The position numbers were made by a program, and so were the translations under genes. A DNA stretch of 45,495 nucleotides from Nemertoderma westbladi. Its lineage: Eukaryota > Animalia > Xenacoelomorpha. The DNA lies in NCBI GenBank assembly GCA_032718475.1, contig JAUCBJ010002367.1, positions 1-45,495 of the forward strand, in the 5' to 3' direction. Below are positions 22,603-36,689 of this stretch, one piece after another (positions within the stretch are counted from its first letter, which is position 1; every line of letters begins with the position of its first letter). The notes under the pieces are model-generated. The model did not search any database. It was not told where the DNA came from and saw only the letters and a program-made list of their open reading frames with translations.

Positions 22603-24092
22603 TTACATTGGGGAGTCCCTAGATGTTTGTTGGATTAGGGAGGTGGTCTTGGGAAGAGTATCTTGCCTTCCATAGTTTCCGGATAGTTCTCTGTCTCTTT
22701 CCAGTAAACATAAACGACCAACTGGGCGATTGAGTTGCTGTGTTTCGAATACAATTCCAGGTTTCTTAAAGATACGTCGCATGACGACGAATTCTACCGA
22801 TCGCACTAAACCATCATCGGATATATGAGTCTCGATGATACGACCTGTCTGCCACCGCTTACGTGGAAGATCTGATTCCACAATAAGTACCATGTCTCCG
22901 GCGCTGACGTTTTCTTGCTGTGCAAACCACTTGGTTCGAAGTTGTAGCGTAGGCAGATAATGTTTTTCGAAATGGTCAGCGAAACGATGGGATAATAACT
23001 GCATGAGTTGCCAAGTTTGTCGGCAGTATTCGTCTCCGTCCGTGATTTCCGATTGTGGGAGCATGGCTACAGGTTTCTTCAGTAGGAAATGCGCGGGTGT
23101 TAGCGCTTCTAGGGAGTCGGAACTCGATGAGACTGGCATAAGCGGTCTCTCGTTAAGATAGGCGGCGATTTCTTCCATTAACGTCCGCAAAAGTTCGTTG
23201 GTGAGATACGCGCGGCAAGGCACTATAAAGTGAAATGCGGTCTTCACGCTCCTTATTAATCTCTCCCAACTTCCTCCCCACCAAGGGGCGTCGGCGGCGT
23301 TGAAGGTCCAGCTAGATGCGGTTACCCTTAGCTGATCGTCCACCTGTCTTTGGTTCCAATCTTTAACGTAAGCCTTGATCTCATTATTGGCGCCAATGAA
23401 GTTCGTTCCCTTATCAGATCTCATCGTGTTGCTAGTTCCAAAGCGAGCGATCTGTCGGCGTAAAGTCAGTATGAAGCTGTTGGTAGATAGATCGTTCACC
23501 ATATCTAGATGGATCGCTCTACAAGTCATACAGACAAAGATGACACACCATCGCTTGACTATAGTCCTAGCACGATATACTTCAATAGGGCCAAATAAAT
23601 CCACACCAGTATTAGTAAAGGGTGGTTCATAGAAGCTTACTCGTTCCCTAGGTAATTCTGCCTCTCGCTGTGTTAAAGGCCTACTGAATGCTTTCCTACA
23701 GGGTATACAGTTCCTAAGAACTTGGTTCAGAGCTCTACGGGTTTATGGAAATAATAGCGAGTTCGAATTTCGCTCAGAATTCGTTCTCTACCAGCATGGT
23801 AAAGCCTACTGTGAACATCTACAATCATCTTGATTTGTATTTCAAGATTTCTAATGAGTATGGGAAATTTAGTGTCAAAGGACAATGGAGCATTAGTTAG
23901 TCTCCCTCCAACACGTATTAACCCATCTATCATTGTGCTAGAGAAACGATCCTTTAAGCGCATCTGTGGATTTCTCAACAACAGGAAATACTTATCAGAA
24001 TCTTCATAGCATTGCAGGAGTCTCAGTATCTGCTTATTGGTTTCTTCATGCTCTTGGTAACTGATCTTCACCGTCAGAAAACTATCCGACAT
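22603..24092 (-). pseudogene. pol: BEL/Pao integrase (HHCC, DDE core, DUF5641-like C-terminus), frameshifted
   Basis: GLIRVGGRL; H..LYHAG; DLFGP; RAIHLD; SDKGTNF; APWWGGSWERLIRS; LNERPL; LTPAHFL; GDMVLI; DGLVRSV; RPVGRLCLL. Confidence 0.95.
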
Positions 24093-24467
24093 TTAGTAGG
24101 TGGGAAGATCTTTAATAGCATGGACCTGCTCGGATGTCAGTGGAGCGGTATCACTAGCGATCTTCGTCCTGGAGTAGTGATGATGGAAGCATCGCTTCAA
24201 ATACACGATGGCCTTACAAAGCCGATTCCAGGAGCTATAGTGATTTATCGCTCTCTGCAGGAGAGGTGAGAGTCCCTGCGAGACGTCTGGTGTTTCAGAT
24301 TTCCAGTCTCTTTCTCTGATGTCTATAACAGATTTATTTGTGGGGGGGGAGTTTAGATCCACAGCGTCGTCCTTGGAGATGTGTAGTACAGACAGATCTA
24401 TCACGGGTTTAAATAACTTTGATTTACTCGTTCGGGTTTTAGGTTTGACTTTCTCCGCTCCCTTGGC

Positions 24468-25190
24468 TTATCTAATCTCAGCCGTGGTGAGATGAGGAGG
24501 CCATTCATCTTCTTCTTTACTAAGAAAGTCGGGTCCACCTAACCAGTCTGGAGTATCTATCAGTTCTTGAGGAGTTGCTCCTCTGGAGGCGATGACGGCT
24601 GGATTAATCGTCCCAGGGCAATGTCTCCAATGATCTACAGTAGAGCGACTAAGTATAATGGCTACTCTGTTGGTAACGAAGACACTGAACTGACAGACTT
24701 CATTTGTTATATACTCCAAAACGAGTAAAGCAACGGTCCAATAGACAGTTTTCTCCAATGGATAGTCAATCTGTTCTGTTACATTCCGGCCGATGGCTGT
24801 AGCGTATAGAGCCGCCTTTAACTCCGCTCGAGGAACTCGTAGTTTGTTGTTTATCAAGGCCTTAGAGGTAACCAAGGCAACTTTGATTCCATCCAGAGTT
24901 TCAACCCTCAGGTAGGCTACTATACCTATTCCCATATCGCTGGCGTCTCCAAACACATGGAGTTGATAAGAATACGTGGGGAGAACGTGACCAAAATATG
25001 AACGGGAAATCGTAAAGTTCTCGATGGATGGTAGAGAATCTTCCCATTTCATCCACTTCTTTAGTAGTTCTCCCTTAAGTGGATCGTCCCACGAGTGGTT
25101 TTCAAGCCTCATTTGTTGCACTAAGCTCCAAGCAACCAATATAACTGGGCTAATAAATCCCAATGGATCGAAATAAGTGCTCAGGATACT
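24468..25190 (-). pseudogene. pol: BEL/Pao RNase H region (Peptidase_A17/Pao domain)
   Basis: FDPLGFISP; WDDPL; LHVFGDAS; PRAELKAA; FVTNRV; WRHCPGTINPA.IASRG. Confidence 0.93.
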
Positions 25191-25270
25191 TAGACAAATC
25201 CGTTTAGTTTGAACTGGATTATCTCGAAGTTTTAGCTGGAAAAACTATATATCTCTCTCCATGTCCCATT

Positions 25271-26781
25271 TTAAACCAAGGGTTTTGGTTTCCGGAAGAT
25301 CGTCCTTGATAAGGTCCAAGATAAGATAGAATAAGGGATAAGGTCTTCTACCGGGATCGATTCCAGAAACTCACGGGAGTTACTAGTGAATTTGGTTAGT
25401 CGAAATCCACCGCGTTTCAAGCACTCTACCGTTCCCTTGGCAACATCAATGGCTTCTTCCACCGATGGGAGGGACTTTAAATTGTCGTCCATGTATATAT
25501 GCCATTTGATGTTGTCGATAACTGCTTTAGAGAAGGCGTCTCGGTTGTCATCAGCAGTGGTACGCACTACTGAACAAGCGTTCGAGGGGCTCGAGATGAT
25601 CCCGAAAGCCTGGATGGTCATCCAGTACTCCGCCGGTTTTGGTTGAGGTCTCCTTCAGGCGACCACAGAAATCGTAGGCTGTCTCGATCCCTATCCAGCG
25701 CCTTGACTTGTAAGAACATGCCTTCTATATCCGAAGCAAAAGCGATAGAATATTGCCGTAATCTTAATAGTATTCCCAACAAGGATTGGAGTAAGTTGGG
25801 TCCAGGCAACAATTCGGAGTTCAGGGATTGGCCCATGTAAAGGGCAGAGCCGTCGAACACTACCCGGACTTCGTTGGGTTTACCGGGTTTGGGAACGTAA
25901 TGATGTGTTAGATAATACGTTCTCTCTGTGATGGGTGTTTCTTCCGGTACTAGCTCCGCGTATCCCTTATCGATAAATTTCTTCAGCTGGGTCTTATACA
26001 TTTCCCTGGCTGAGACATTAGCCGTAAAACGCCGATGTAGTTGCGTGATTCTCTTCTCCGCTAAGGGTCGGTTATTTATAAAGTTGGGTTCTCGCCGTCG
26101 GAACGGAAGACCAATCTCATAGCAACCTTGTTCTTTAAGAAAATGGGTAGTCGTTTCCTGAATCTGCTTGGCTCTCTCTTCCTCGACGGACAAGGCCTTG
26201 TCGAAGGAATTAGGCTCTATGGCTTCTTGAGTAAAGAATCGTATGGTGTGTTCATCGCGAATTTTATTGTTGTATCGATCTATCACCTCGTTTAATTCGT
26301 CGTTGTAGTTGAATTGTCCGCCATGATTGATGAGATGGCAAAGGTTTACTTGGTTTCGCCAATTTTCATTTTCGGTGAGGAGGTCGATTGTATTTTCCTC
26401 GTCGAATAATTGGTTAATATCGTCATTATCTGAGGAGTTTGGTGTTCCCTCAGTTGTGGTTTCTCCCTCACTGATTTCTTCTTCCCATTCACTCACCTGA
26501 TGTATCCTTTCTTGAGGGAGTCTTTCCATCAGTGTTCTACGGGAAGGTCCAGTGAAGTACCAACCTACTCTCGTTCTTCCCGCGTATGTTTGTAATGGTT
26601 GCGGTTGAGCAGGCCGTTTTTCTAATGTCTCAAGCGCCTCATGCGCATTTTGGCCGATCAATATCTGTACCCCTGGGTAGTCGGTGTTGAATCTAGGGAT
26701 ATCATGCTGCTGGGTAAAATGATCTTCATCCCAGTTATAAGGTTCCACTTGGCTGGTAGCAAAGTTCTTTATCACCACCAT
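25271..26781 (-). pseudogene. pol: BEL/Pao reverse transcriptase with upstream linker, frameshifted
   Basis: YEIGLPFR; YLTHHYV; VRVVFDGSA; SLNSELLPGPNL; DIEGMFLQV; DRDSLRFLW; FG..SSP; YMDD; GGFRLTKF.SN. Confidence 0.95.
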
Positions 26782-27077
26782 TTTACTGACCTTATGCTAT
26801 GTTCTCCTAGTTCATCCTGGGGAGTGGACAATGCGCCTACATAGTAATCTGTAGCTACTGTGGATTTCCAAACCTGCATAATTCCTGAAAGGTTCAACTT
26901 AGTTTGGAACTTTGGTTGTCCACCAAAGATGTCTTCGGCTAGTTCTTTGCGGATGAATGTACCTATGCTGCCGGAGTCAAGGAGGGCGTTTACTATAAAA
27001 CTCTTACCTAGCCCGTGGACTCTCAGCTGCACCACTGGGAATTCTCGGATTCCGACGTTGGATTTTGGCGCTTCCAA
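26772..27077 (-). pseudogene. pol: Aspartic protease (DUF1758-like)
   Basis: NALLDSGSIGTFIRKELA active-site motif lying between the Gag knuckles and RT. Confidence 0.9.
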
Positions 27078-30000
27078 GATGGTTGTCGGTCCGGAATAGT
27101 CAGTTGCGCTTCGTTATCGGTTTCAGTCTCATATGTAAGCGCTCGATACACTGCGGTGTTTATCATATTACAGAATTCGTTTTCGTCGGAGAATTCGTCC
27201 GTGTAGAATCCTTCCATCTCAGAGCTGTGGTCAGTGTTGTTCACATCACTGAATTGGACATGTAGTTCGGACTCACTTACCTGACTCGTGCGGGTTCTAT
27301 CAAATTCTGTGTGCAGCAAGATATGATGTTTCGCGCCACACTTAGCGCACCTCATGTCTGAGTAACAGGTCCGCCATTGGTGTCCCTGTCTGAGACAATT
27401 ATAACACAACCGCTTATCCCACATGACATCACGTCTATCCTTTAGGGATTTCTTCAAGAATTCATCACATCCATTCAAACGATGGGGCCCGTCGCACAAT
27501 GCACATTTGGGTTTGATGTTACTTACTTTAACCTGGGTTGTGTTGTGCACACTTGTTCTTTCCTCGGGCTTTCTTCCATGAATTCTCTTAGGAGACGTAG
27601 GAGGAGTTGTTGTTACCTGTTCTCTCCTGTCACTGGTTCGAGGCTTAAATTTACTTATGTCTTTCCTCGTTTTATTGTCGTCTGTATAACACACTGGTGT
27701 TACCTTTCTCCTAGAAATGGGTTTTTCACTCACCTTATTTTCCGGTGTCTTCTCTCGGGACTGCTTTAGGAGCTGTAATCTTACCTCTCCATTTAAGAAT
27801 GACATGAGATCAGCCATGGTAGGGTCTCTTTGTTGCTGGTCCATCATATAGAGAACTCTTTTGTCCCAACAAGTACCTACTCCACCCTTTGGCAAAGTAG
27901 ATGCTACGGCTCCAACAACCATGGAACTCTGATATTCATGAGACTTACCTAACCAAATCTAGTTGTCTACAGATCTCCTGAATCTCATCGGAAAACTCTA
28001 TAATCCCGCTGCTAAGGAACTTTCGGGGCGCTACTAATTTCGCATACAAATACCTAGCTATGTTAGTCCTAGCTGTTATCTTTGTTGACTTCTTGAAGGC
28101 CTTTGATTCAGTCTCTCGCTCACGTATGTTCAGCATACTTTCATTATATGGGATTCCTGATGAAATTATTGCAGCAATCAGATCAGTATACGATGGTTCG
28201 ACAACATTTGTGTCTACTGTTGACGGTGACACAGAACCATTTGAAGTGTTATGGGGCGTCCTCCAGGGAGACACACTTGCACCATTCTTGTTCATAATTG
28301 TTGTTGACTATGTTCTACGCATATCCTTAGATCATCATAATGATGATGGGGTGATGATAACTCCACCTACTGGCTCCAGAAGTCGAGGAAATCCTGCCAA
28401 GTACCTAACTGATCTAGACTTTGCTGATGACTTAGGAGTACTCTCAGAATCACTAGAGGGAGCCCAACGAACTCATTAGAACATGCTGCTTCTAGTGTTG
28501 GTCTTTTTATTAACTCCAGAAAGACCAAAATTTTGACAGTTAACTTTGAAAGTCCTCAGCAAGTCTCTGATCGGATGAGCATAAGCTCAAAAGATGGTAT
28601 GCTTGAGCATGTGGATGACTTCTGTTACCTGGGATCATGGATCTGGAAGTCAGGTGAGGACCTTCGAATACGTAAGGGAAAGGCATGGGCAGCCTTGAAT
28701 AGGCTTTCCAGGATTTGGAAATCACCGAGAATTAATCAGAAACTTAAGGTCCAGTTATTTAGAGCAGCAGTAGTTCCAGTACTCCTCTATGGGAGTCCAT
28801 GCTGGGCTCTAACTGCTGAGGACACCAAATCTCTGGATGGCACATTCACAAGAATGCTACGCCGGGTTCATTGTGTCAAGTTCAATGCTCACATTTCCAA
28901 CCAGACACTATATAACATTGGACGTGTCTCATTGGTTCCCCCAAGCTTGACACTAGAACAAAATCGCCTCCGCTTTGCAGGACATTGCTTTCGCCATGAG
29001 GAACAGCCAGTGCATAATCTTGTACTTTGGCAGCCTCATGGAGTGAATAAGCATGGTGGACAGCCCATGACTTTCTGGAAACGCATCTTAAAGGACACTG
29101 GTCTTGAAGATGCGGATGATCTAGCAAATGTCATGGGTGATAGGGAGTTGTGGCGATGCAATTTTGTCGACAAGCCGGCACAGCATTCTTAAAAATGCAG
29201 CTGCAATGCAGCATGCCGATACTAGTATGTTAGTCCTATTACCATACCTGATGTTTAGTGTATCCCAAACTTGTCTTAATCCATCTGGATGTCCAATAAA
29301 CTTTAACGCCATTAACTTGGGAGGTCCTTCCAAGCACTCGATGAGGAATCTAAGTTTCTCTCCGTTAGATAGTACAGAGTTCTGTATGTTATCTTTATAA
29401 TACTCATTAAAAGGTAACCATTTCATCTCATCTCCATTGAACTTGACGATCTCTCCCACCTTTACCGCTTGACAGGCTTCGGTTCTAGCCATTTGACGCG
29501 TAAAACTTTCTTGGGCCATCAATTGAATTTCAATTGTATTATTTAATATCGAGTTATCTGTATATAAATTTCTCGGATTATGATCAGGTCTATATGGGAT
29601 ATCATTATCAACAGGTTTATAATTACCCTTAATAGGGGCTACTATAGGAGTTTCTACTTCACTAGCAGTATAGATGAGTGTAGGCTCCACACCTTGCGCA
29701 TGAAATACTTCAGACCTAACAGGTTGACACATTGTTACAGGGGGTGGTGGTATACCTCTTTGTATATTTACTAATTTATCGCGCTCTAATGCGATACTCT
29801 GCTGCACTTCTTGCAACTCTAACCTACTCTCTCTTACTGTTCCCTTTAACTGCTGAACAGTCCACTCCAACTCCCGGACCTGCTGGGAGGAACATATACG
29901 ATGTTCCCTCAGCTGCCCGAGCAGGAGACCCATCTCCCGCCGTCCCTCATCCACCCACTCTACCGCCGAAGCGGGAGCCGCCAACATAGTAGCGGGTAGA

Positions 30001-31984
30001 CGAGGGACGACGGGCGACAAATCGTTAATGTCTTGCTTGGCGTCCAGGACCGGGATTGATTCAGGGGCTGTTCTACTGGGGACAGGTAGTTTAGTACTGT
30101 GCAAAGGGGATTTAGAGTTAGGTTCTGGAAGTACAGGGGTCTCTATCACAGAGGGAGTGGCTTCGAGAACAGGCCTAATTATTTCAGGCTCATCTACTAT
30201 AGTAGGGAGTCTTTCTACCCTAATAATTTGGTCTGTAGGCGCAGGATTACTTAAATCTACACTAGCTAGTTGCCTTCTCACAGCTGGGGGCAAATTAGGC
30301 AATTTCTGCCGGTGCAACGCCCTTTTACGTCCGCTGGAACGAGATTTATTTCCTCTACCTTCAGGATCTGTTGTGTCGCCTTCATCAGAGGATGTAAATC
30401 CCTGTCTCTTGGGAGTAGATCGACTCAGCAGCTGCATCTGACTAGCTGTTCTCTGTTTGTTTAAGTAATCTTGCTTCACTTGAAGATTTTCCAACTCTAG
30501 TTGGGCTGTCTCTTCAGATGCCCTCCGTTCTGCTTCTAACACTGCCTCTGCCGCTTTTCTTTCAGCTTCTGCCGCCTTTCTTTCAACTTCTGCCGCTGTC
30601 TCTGCCGCTTTTCTTTCAGCTTCTGCTGCCTTTCTTTCAATTTCTGCCGCTTCCGCTGCCGCTTTTCTTTCAGCTTCTGCCGCTTTTCTTTCAGCTTCTG
30701 CCGCTGCCGCTGCCGCTGCCGCTTTTCTTTCAGCTTCTGCTGCTTTTCTTTCAGCTTCTGCCGCTTCCGCTGCCGCTTTTCTTTCATCTTCTGCCGCTGC
30801 CGCTGCCTGTCTGTCTTCTATCTGTTTTTCTTTAGTTGTTCTTCCTGTTCCATAGCGATGAGGATGCTTTCATCAAATTTAGCCTGCTCAGCGGCTAATA
30901 TTTCTGCATCTAACGAGTCCAACACAAATTTGGCCCCCTCATTATTAGGGTGAAGTCCAGCTAGCCTTCTCCTTAGCTCTTTGTCACCTATGAATCATTG
31001 ATAGTCCGACAGATAGATGTCAATAGCATCCTTCTTCTGAGGTTTCTCTGATATAGCTTCGCTTTCCACCTGAGAAAAGGTAGCGTCTGTTGACTCTCCG
31101 TAGGTCATGCGCTCGGTTAGCTGAGCTTTCCATTGTGTCGTTCCCTGGACTTTAAGACTCACCCGTTGGAACCAAGTTTTTACGGCCACTTGCAACGACG
31201 TGTCTTGGCTTCTCTTCGAAGCTTCTTCAAAGGCCGAAAGGATTAGTCTGATCCGTAAAATTCGTTCTCGCACTTGATAAAGCAGCTCTCCCTGCTCTTG
31301 AGGTCCTTGACGTTGTTGAAACAGGTGTTCCTCTAAGCGCTCCAAAGAGCTGAAGAATCCCTGGACATATCCTGCTGCTGACCTCTTCCACACAGCTGGA
31401 TCTCGAGTCTCTCGTACTACTCCCATCCTGTATAAGTCCTCCCAGGCAGCTTCCGATAAGTTAAACGGGAGTCCGGGTCCGGGGAAGTTCCATTGCGTCT
31501 CGACAATAGACTTCAGTTCCTCCATCGTGCATCCCGCATAACTGTCTCTGGTCGATCGCTTACCTCTCGCCCAATCAATTTGATGTTCTTCCACAGCGAT
31601 CAACACTCTAGTGAGTACGGCTCCAGGAAGAATTAGAAGTGGATCTGGATAAACCGCTTCTGCCATCTTTGCTCCGATCTCGTGTGTCAACTCTACAGTG
31701 TCTGAACTACTGGAGTTATCGGGCCGCTGAGAAATAAGTTCTCGGTTCGGGTGCTGCTGCTGTTTAACAGCTGCCTCTTGGTCCTGCTTGACTTGAGCAC
31801 TAGTGCCTATGATAGACCTATGGTGCTTTACTAGCCTAGGGTCTGATACTACTACTGTAGGGATGACCTTTCTTAAAGTAGGGGGGGACTTGGACCTCGG
31901 TCTCAGATTTTCTATACTCCTATCTTAGTCACAGACTGTTCTTTCTAGGAGACTATCTGACAGTGTCTGTTTTGTGTCAGCCAT
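27023..31984 (-). pseudogene. gag: Copy C Gag (interrupted by the RTE and frameshifts); AEAERKAA repeat at ~30530-30810
   Basis: Homologous to B 7602-11030; three BEL knuckles ending CAKCGAKHHILLH; start ATG GCT GAC at 31984. Confidence 0.92.
28072..29225 (+). mobile_element. 5'-truncated RTE-clade non-LTR retrotransposon (RT C-terminal half), 13-bp TSD, antisense to the host gag
   Basis: FVDFLKAFDSVSR; GVLQGDTLAPFLF; DLDFADD; YLGS; VLLYGS..W; RLRFAGH..R. TSD TATGTTAGTCCTA at 28059-28071 and 29226-29238; copy B shows the empty site at ~10225. Confidence 0.92.
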
Positions 31985-33850
31985 ATTTGATTTTACAGTT
32001 GAATGCCTACTACTATAACGCCAGTTAAAGTAAGTCTAGTAATTCAGTATCAACAGTAAGCCTAGTAATTAATTACCGATACCGTTACTCAGTGTAACAT
32101 AATATATATATAATATATTAAAATACTGGTATACACTTATAGTATATAATACCGGTATATACCGGTATATAATTTCAGCCTAGATTTATATAAATATATA
32201 TAATAAGCCTACCATAAATACCGGTATACAGCATACACTTATAGTATATATAAGTATTATTATAGACTAGGATTAGTCACAGAATAGCGGTATATAATTT
32301 CAGCCTAAACTTATATAAATATATATAATAAGCCTACCTTAAATACCGGTAATATCAATTATTGATAATAACTGAATTTCTGAATTTTAGGGTTACTTTC
32401 CTTTACTTTATTACCGTTATTTAAGCAGTAGTCCAACTGATATTAAGACCTAATTGATGTATAACAGGCCTACTATTTTATAAATCGGTTTAAGTTGATT
32501 TATAATGTATTATATATACCCTTACAATGGGTTTTGACAATGTTTGAAATAAATGTTATTATTTCTGGGTAAGGGGGTCACTACACAGAAGCTGAATGCT
32601 CTCAGTGGAGTGCTACCTGTTAGACACTAAAACGAATAATTATACTTTACTAAGATACTTATCACTACAAATTACTTACAATTACAGTTTGAGATTACAA
32701 TCTCTAAATAAACACCAAAAAGTTACACATACAAATTTTAGGGTAATTTTACAAGAAATCTACAAACCAGCCTAACAAGGAGTTAGAATTTCTGGTTCTT
32801 ACAAACTGATAGGATACTACGGTATTTGAAAACAATAAAGCAGTAGTAAGTAAATTGCGTTGTCCAGATAAGAAAATACCACCGTCTGACGACTTATAGT
32901 CATAGCTCTATAAGTACTACATTATGTACCCGGAGTGTCCTTACCTAGAAGTTAATTACCGCAGCCAACCAGAGCTAACTTGCCTATTAACCACTTTACA
33001 ACACAAATAATACTGCCTACACACAAAATTACTTTCGGAAAGTACTGTACTCTAAACCCTAGATTAGGTACAAGTACTTATACAACAAATAACCAGCAGT
33101 TAAATATACTTGAACAGCCAAAAGAACCACGGTATCTGCTGGAATGCCCGGAGCACAAAATCACCAGTCTTTACCTACGCCAAGCAGCCCTGATGTAGTA
33201 CCGGGGTTAATTTAACTATTACGGTATGTATAACAAGCACAATTAATGTAGGAATAAACTTGGGGGGTTTTAGGTTGCGAATACTCGCATAGACTCTGAA
33301 TAATAAATATTACGCTACCCGTGCAGACTACACAAACAAAATACAGACCAAATGCTGGCAGACTACTGGCAAGCCTAAATAAACTACAGTATATGCAGAC
33401 TCCGAAATGGTTAGTTAGTAGGCATTCTAACCAAATAGTACGACTTATTCTTTCGGGGGATTTACCTTACAACACTGGATGCCCCCACCTTCCTAACTAG
33501 CACTTTATCGGACAGACACTCTACACACACTGCAATCACTTCAGACCTAACAACAGTCAGACAACAATCCAGCCTACAAATTATTTGTACAATTTGAGCA
33601 GGCTTACACGCCTTCTGCTCAATATTACACTTACAGATAAACAAAACTGACAGAAATAAGTAAAATCCAAATAAAAAACCAGGGCTGCAGTCCCTTATTA
33701 AATATCAAGACCTACCGGTATATAATCATCAAAATCGAATAATACTGTTGTACCTGTAAGTACCGGTTCGGGTAGTTGGGCGGTTAGGCCTACAGCTTAC
33801 CGTTCGACCGGTACCTTCGACTTTATTGCCTACAGTGCAATAAAGAAACA

Positions 33851-33861
33851 AAATCTATTAT
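33851..33861 (-). promoter_or_regulatory. Non-tRNA primer-binding site of copy C (ATAATAGATTT)
   Basis: Abuts the 5' LTR end; perfectly complementary to AAATCTATTAT in the C 3' LTR and A LTR, and pairs with one G-U to the C 5' LTR (AAATCTGTTAT). Confidence 0.7.
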
Positions 33862-35042
33862 TGTTCGCGCTTTTAGACCTTTAGCAGTTTAACCTGCCAA
33901 TTTTAGTTGTCTTTTTGGTTTATAAATCGACTTTAGCCTAGACCAATTATTTAATGTACTGAAGTTACATCCGCCGAAGCCAGTTTGTGCGCGATCAATC
34001 ACCCACAGTTAAGGGAGACTGGATTCGGGTGCTTTGAAGTTATTGCGGTGCAGACCTACTGTATTATTCAATTGATCGTTACTATATAATCTCTGACAAA
34101 TATATTTACTTTCGGGGAAATATTAACAGTTCCTTTAGGACGTGGCGCTTTAAGTATAAAAACAGAGTTATGACTTATACTAATCACAACTAGATGGCTA
34201 CAGAGTTTCGTAAATAGCGCATTCTTTAGGAGATGCTTTATTATCTTTCACAATACTTCACACGACTTCACACTACTTCACACTGATCTGCCAACCGTCA
34301 CTGAATTTGATCATATATATAAGGAAGATCGCAACTGACACATGTAGGGATTATGAAATAGCATTTAATTCACACAAAAACCACTATAATGTAAGTCGCA
34401 ATTGCTACTGGTAAACCTGTTCATCTTACCTTCAGTAATCAAGAAGATTGGGGGTTTTATGATTATTTATCGGTATTCTCCAAATATAACAGCAATATCC
34501 ATTAATATAACAACAATTAATAACAGAAGTAAAAATAAGGCAGTGAACAATCAGCATGTGTTACATAAGTCAGTATGTACGCAGTTAATGTTTCCAGGTA
34601 GGTGATCGGTAGGGCCAGTCAGATAACAGATTTACGTTCTTGTAATCAAAGCCATCAGATGTTTAGGCCAAAGTCTGAAACTTCCGAAACAGAAGCACAG
34701 AAGAATTCTAAGCCGGTTCTCTGGCTCAGAAAGGTAAAACAAAGACCGTAATGCATTGCGCGGTTTTCCGTAGGCCCTTGTTCAACATAAAGTAAAAATC
34801 GCTCTGATTGGCTGAGCAGAACAAAGAGGTTCCACGTCTACAGGAAATCAGCTGACAGATTTCGTCATCTGAGCTCCAATCTTTTAGAGTATTATGCGCA
34901 TTGCGCCAAAAATGACTTGTTATGTCCGCTAAAGCACCTATACTGTGCATTGCGGGGAAACATGACTTGTTATGTCCGCTAAAGTACCTATACTGTGCAT
35001 TGCGGGGAAAAATGACTTGTTATGTCCGCAAAAGCTTTTACA
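33862..35042 (-). repeat. Copy C 5' LTR (1181 bp)
   Basis: Minus strand reads TGTAAAAGCTTTTGCGGA...GCGCGAACA; flank at 35043 is TAAAG. Confidence 0.93.
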
Positions 35043-36689
35043 TAAAGTATGCACAAAAAGTCGTAAAAATGTCCCGCACTTTACATGGATTGAGTCTACT
35101 CTGAATTTGGACTTTTTTATTTCTCATTACAGCATTAGGCCTATTAAGTATTAGATAGCGCTTATTTCTATCTTTTAAACACTTTCCAAACGCTTGTAGC
35201 TAAGGAATGAAAGCGAAAATGAAACTGAGGAAGGAGTAGAAACTATCTATGTTTCAAATTTCATACAATCTCATTAAGATTTGTAAAAAAAAAATTGTGG
35301 GGAAGGGGGGGGTTATGCAGGACCTAAAATTATTTTATCGTCACCTCCACTTTTGGAAACATGGCTTCGCCCCTGGTATTGCGTAATAGCTAGTCTGTTT
35401 TGTGACTTGTATAATTTGCGACTGTGACCTGTAAGTCCTGATCTACCTAGAGGTGTGTATAAAATTAATTATGTGAAATCCTCTGCGAAAGATATATTCA
35501 TATTTCTATATTCAAAAATTGTCAGCTAACTGTACTGACACACACTTGATATTATTTCTTACAAAAATGTCCTAAGCCACCCCCGCGCGTGGTTCTGTCA
35601 TTGCGAAATACCGCAAAACTGTATTACTACTGTAGTATACATAGTTATTGCATGTACAAGCGAGCATTTGATCTGCCAGTTTCATTCAACCACGTCTATG
35701 TCACCCCTATAATATCGCAATATGTAACGCACATAAAATTCTCAAAGTCTGTTAATTTATTACATAATGAGCTGCTATTAAAAATAAAAAATTGTATTAA
35801 CATTGATATTGCATTAGTGAAGTTGGCTTTTCCCGTCAGTGGTTTTCCGGCGTTGAAGTAGTATTTATTTATTGAAGTGGTATTTATTTGCACTATAGGC
35901 CTATCATTATTAATATAATAAGAGTTCGTTAGTCTGACATATACGGTAATATTTTTAGTTAGATTTTTTTTGTAATTTACCACCCCCTTGAAAAATTCCT
36001 GCGTACGCCCTTGCCCCCCCCCCCCCCCCCCCAAATATAATTTTTGGTTTCGTCACTGATAGCTATTGGGCGCTGCATCATTGTACTGTACAGCAGCCAT
36101 TATGTTTCTCCATTTAGAGCCACCAAAATAACTAACTACATAACTTACAGTACTAAGCAGGACTTAAACCGGTGGAATCAACTAAGAAGTCTAAAACATT
36201 AGAGTATATTTTAGCCCAATGAACACCAGGTAGGGTGGACTTTAGGCGCAATCAAAATTAATCCCTATCCAGGGGATAATCAGAAGCAAATAACATTTGA
36301 ATACTCCCAAAAATAAAACTGTAACCCGTTCTATTGTGTTTAGTTTATTGTTTGGGTTAGAATAAACTGCTCATTACCCTTATAATTGATCATTTAACAT
36401 TGATGTGAGATATTAATTCGTAGTGAAAGAATTTGCATGAACACATACTGTCAACTAGTATCATTAATGATATCTATAATTATCATTAATAATTAATCTC
36501 AACTAATACATTGGAATTATAAATATCCAAATATCTGTCTCTGGCTCCGGCTCCGGCCGGAGCTCATATTTTAACCCTGAGAAACCTCCAGGCTCCGTTT
36601 CCGGATGAAATTTTCGCTCTGTTGCATCCCTACTGAGAATAGCAACCTAGCTATAACTGCAATTCCATGCGCACACTTTCGAGTAAACA

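Larger units (their letters stand above)
17670..35042 (-). mobile_element. BEL/Pao LTR retrotransposon copy C, near full length (gag-PR-RT-RNase H-IN plus accessory region), decayed, containing an RTE insertion
   Basis: LTRs at 33862-35042 and 17670-18772 (last ~82 bp displaced by copy A); BEL/Pao domain order and motifs. Confidence 0.95.

Noticed and set aside
27945-30542. ORFs 27945-28295, 28060-28479 and 29121-30542 as novel chimeric genes
   Set aside because: They read across the RTE/gag junctions defined by the 13-bp TSD.
35290-36635. Possible MITE or hAT end fragments (GGCTTCGCCCCTG, GCGTACGCCC plus poly-C, GCATCCCTA) and ORFs 35589-36034
   Set aside because: No paired TIRs or TSDs could be established; the ORFs are low-complexity and lack motifs.
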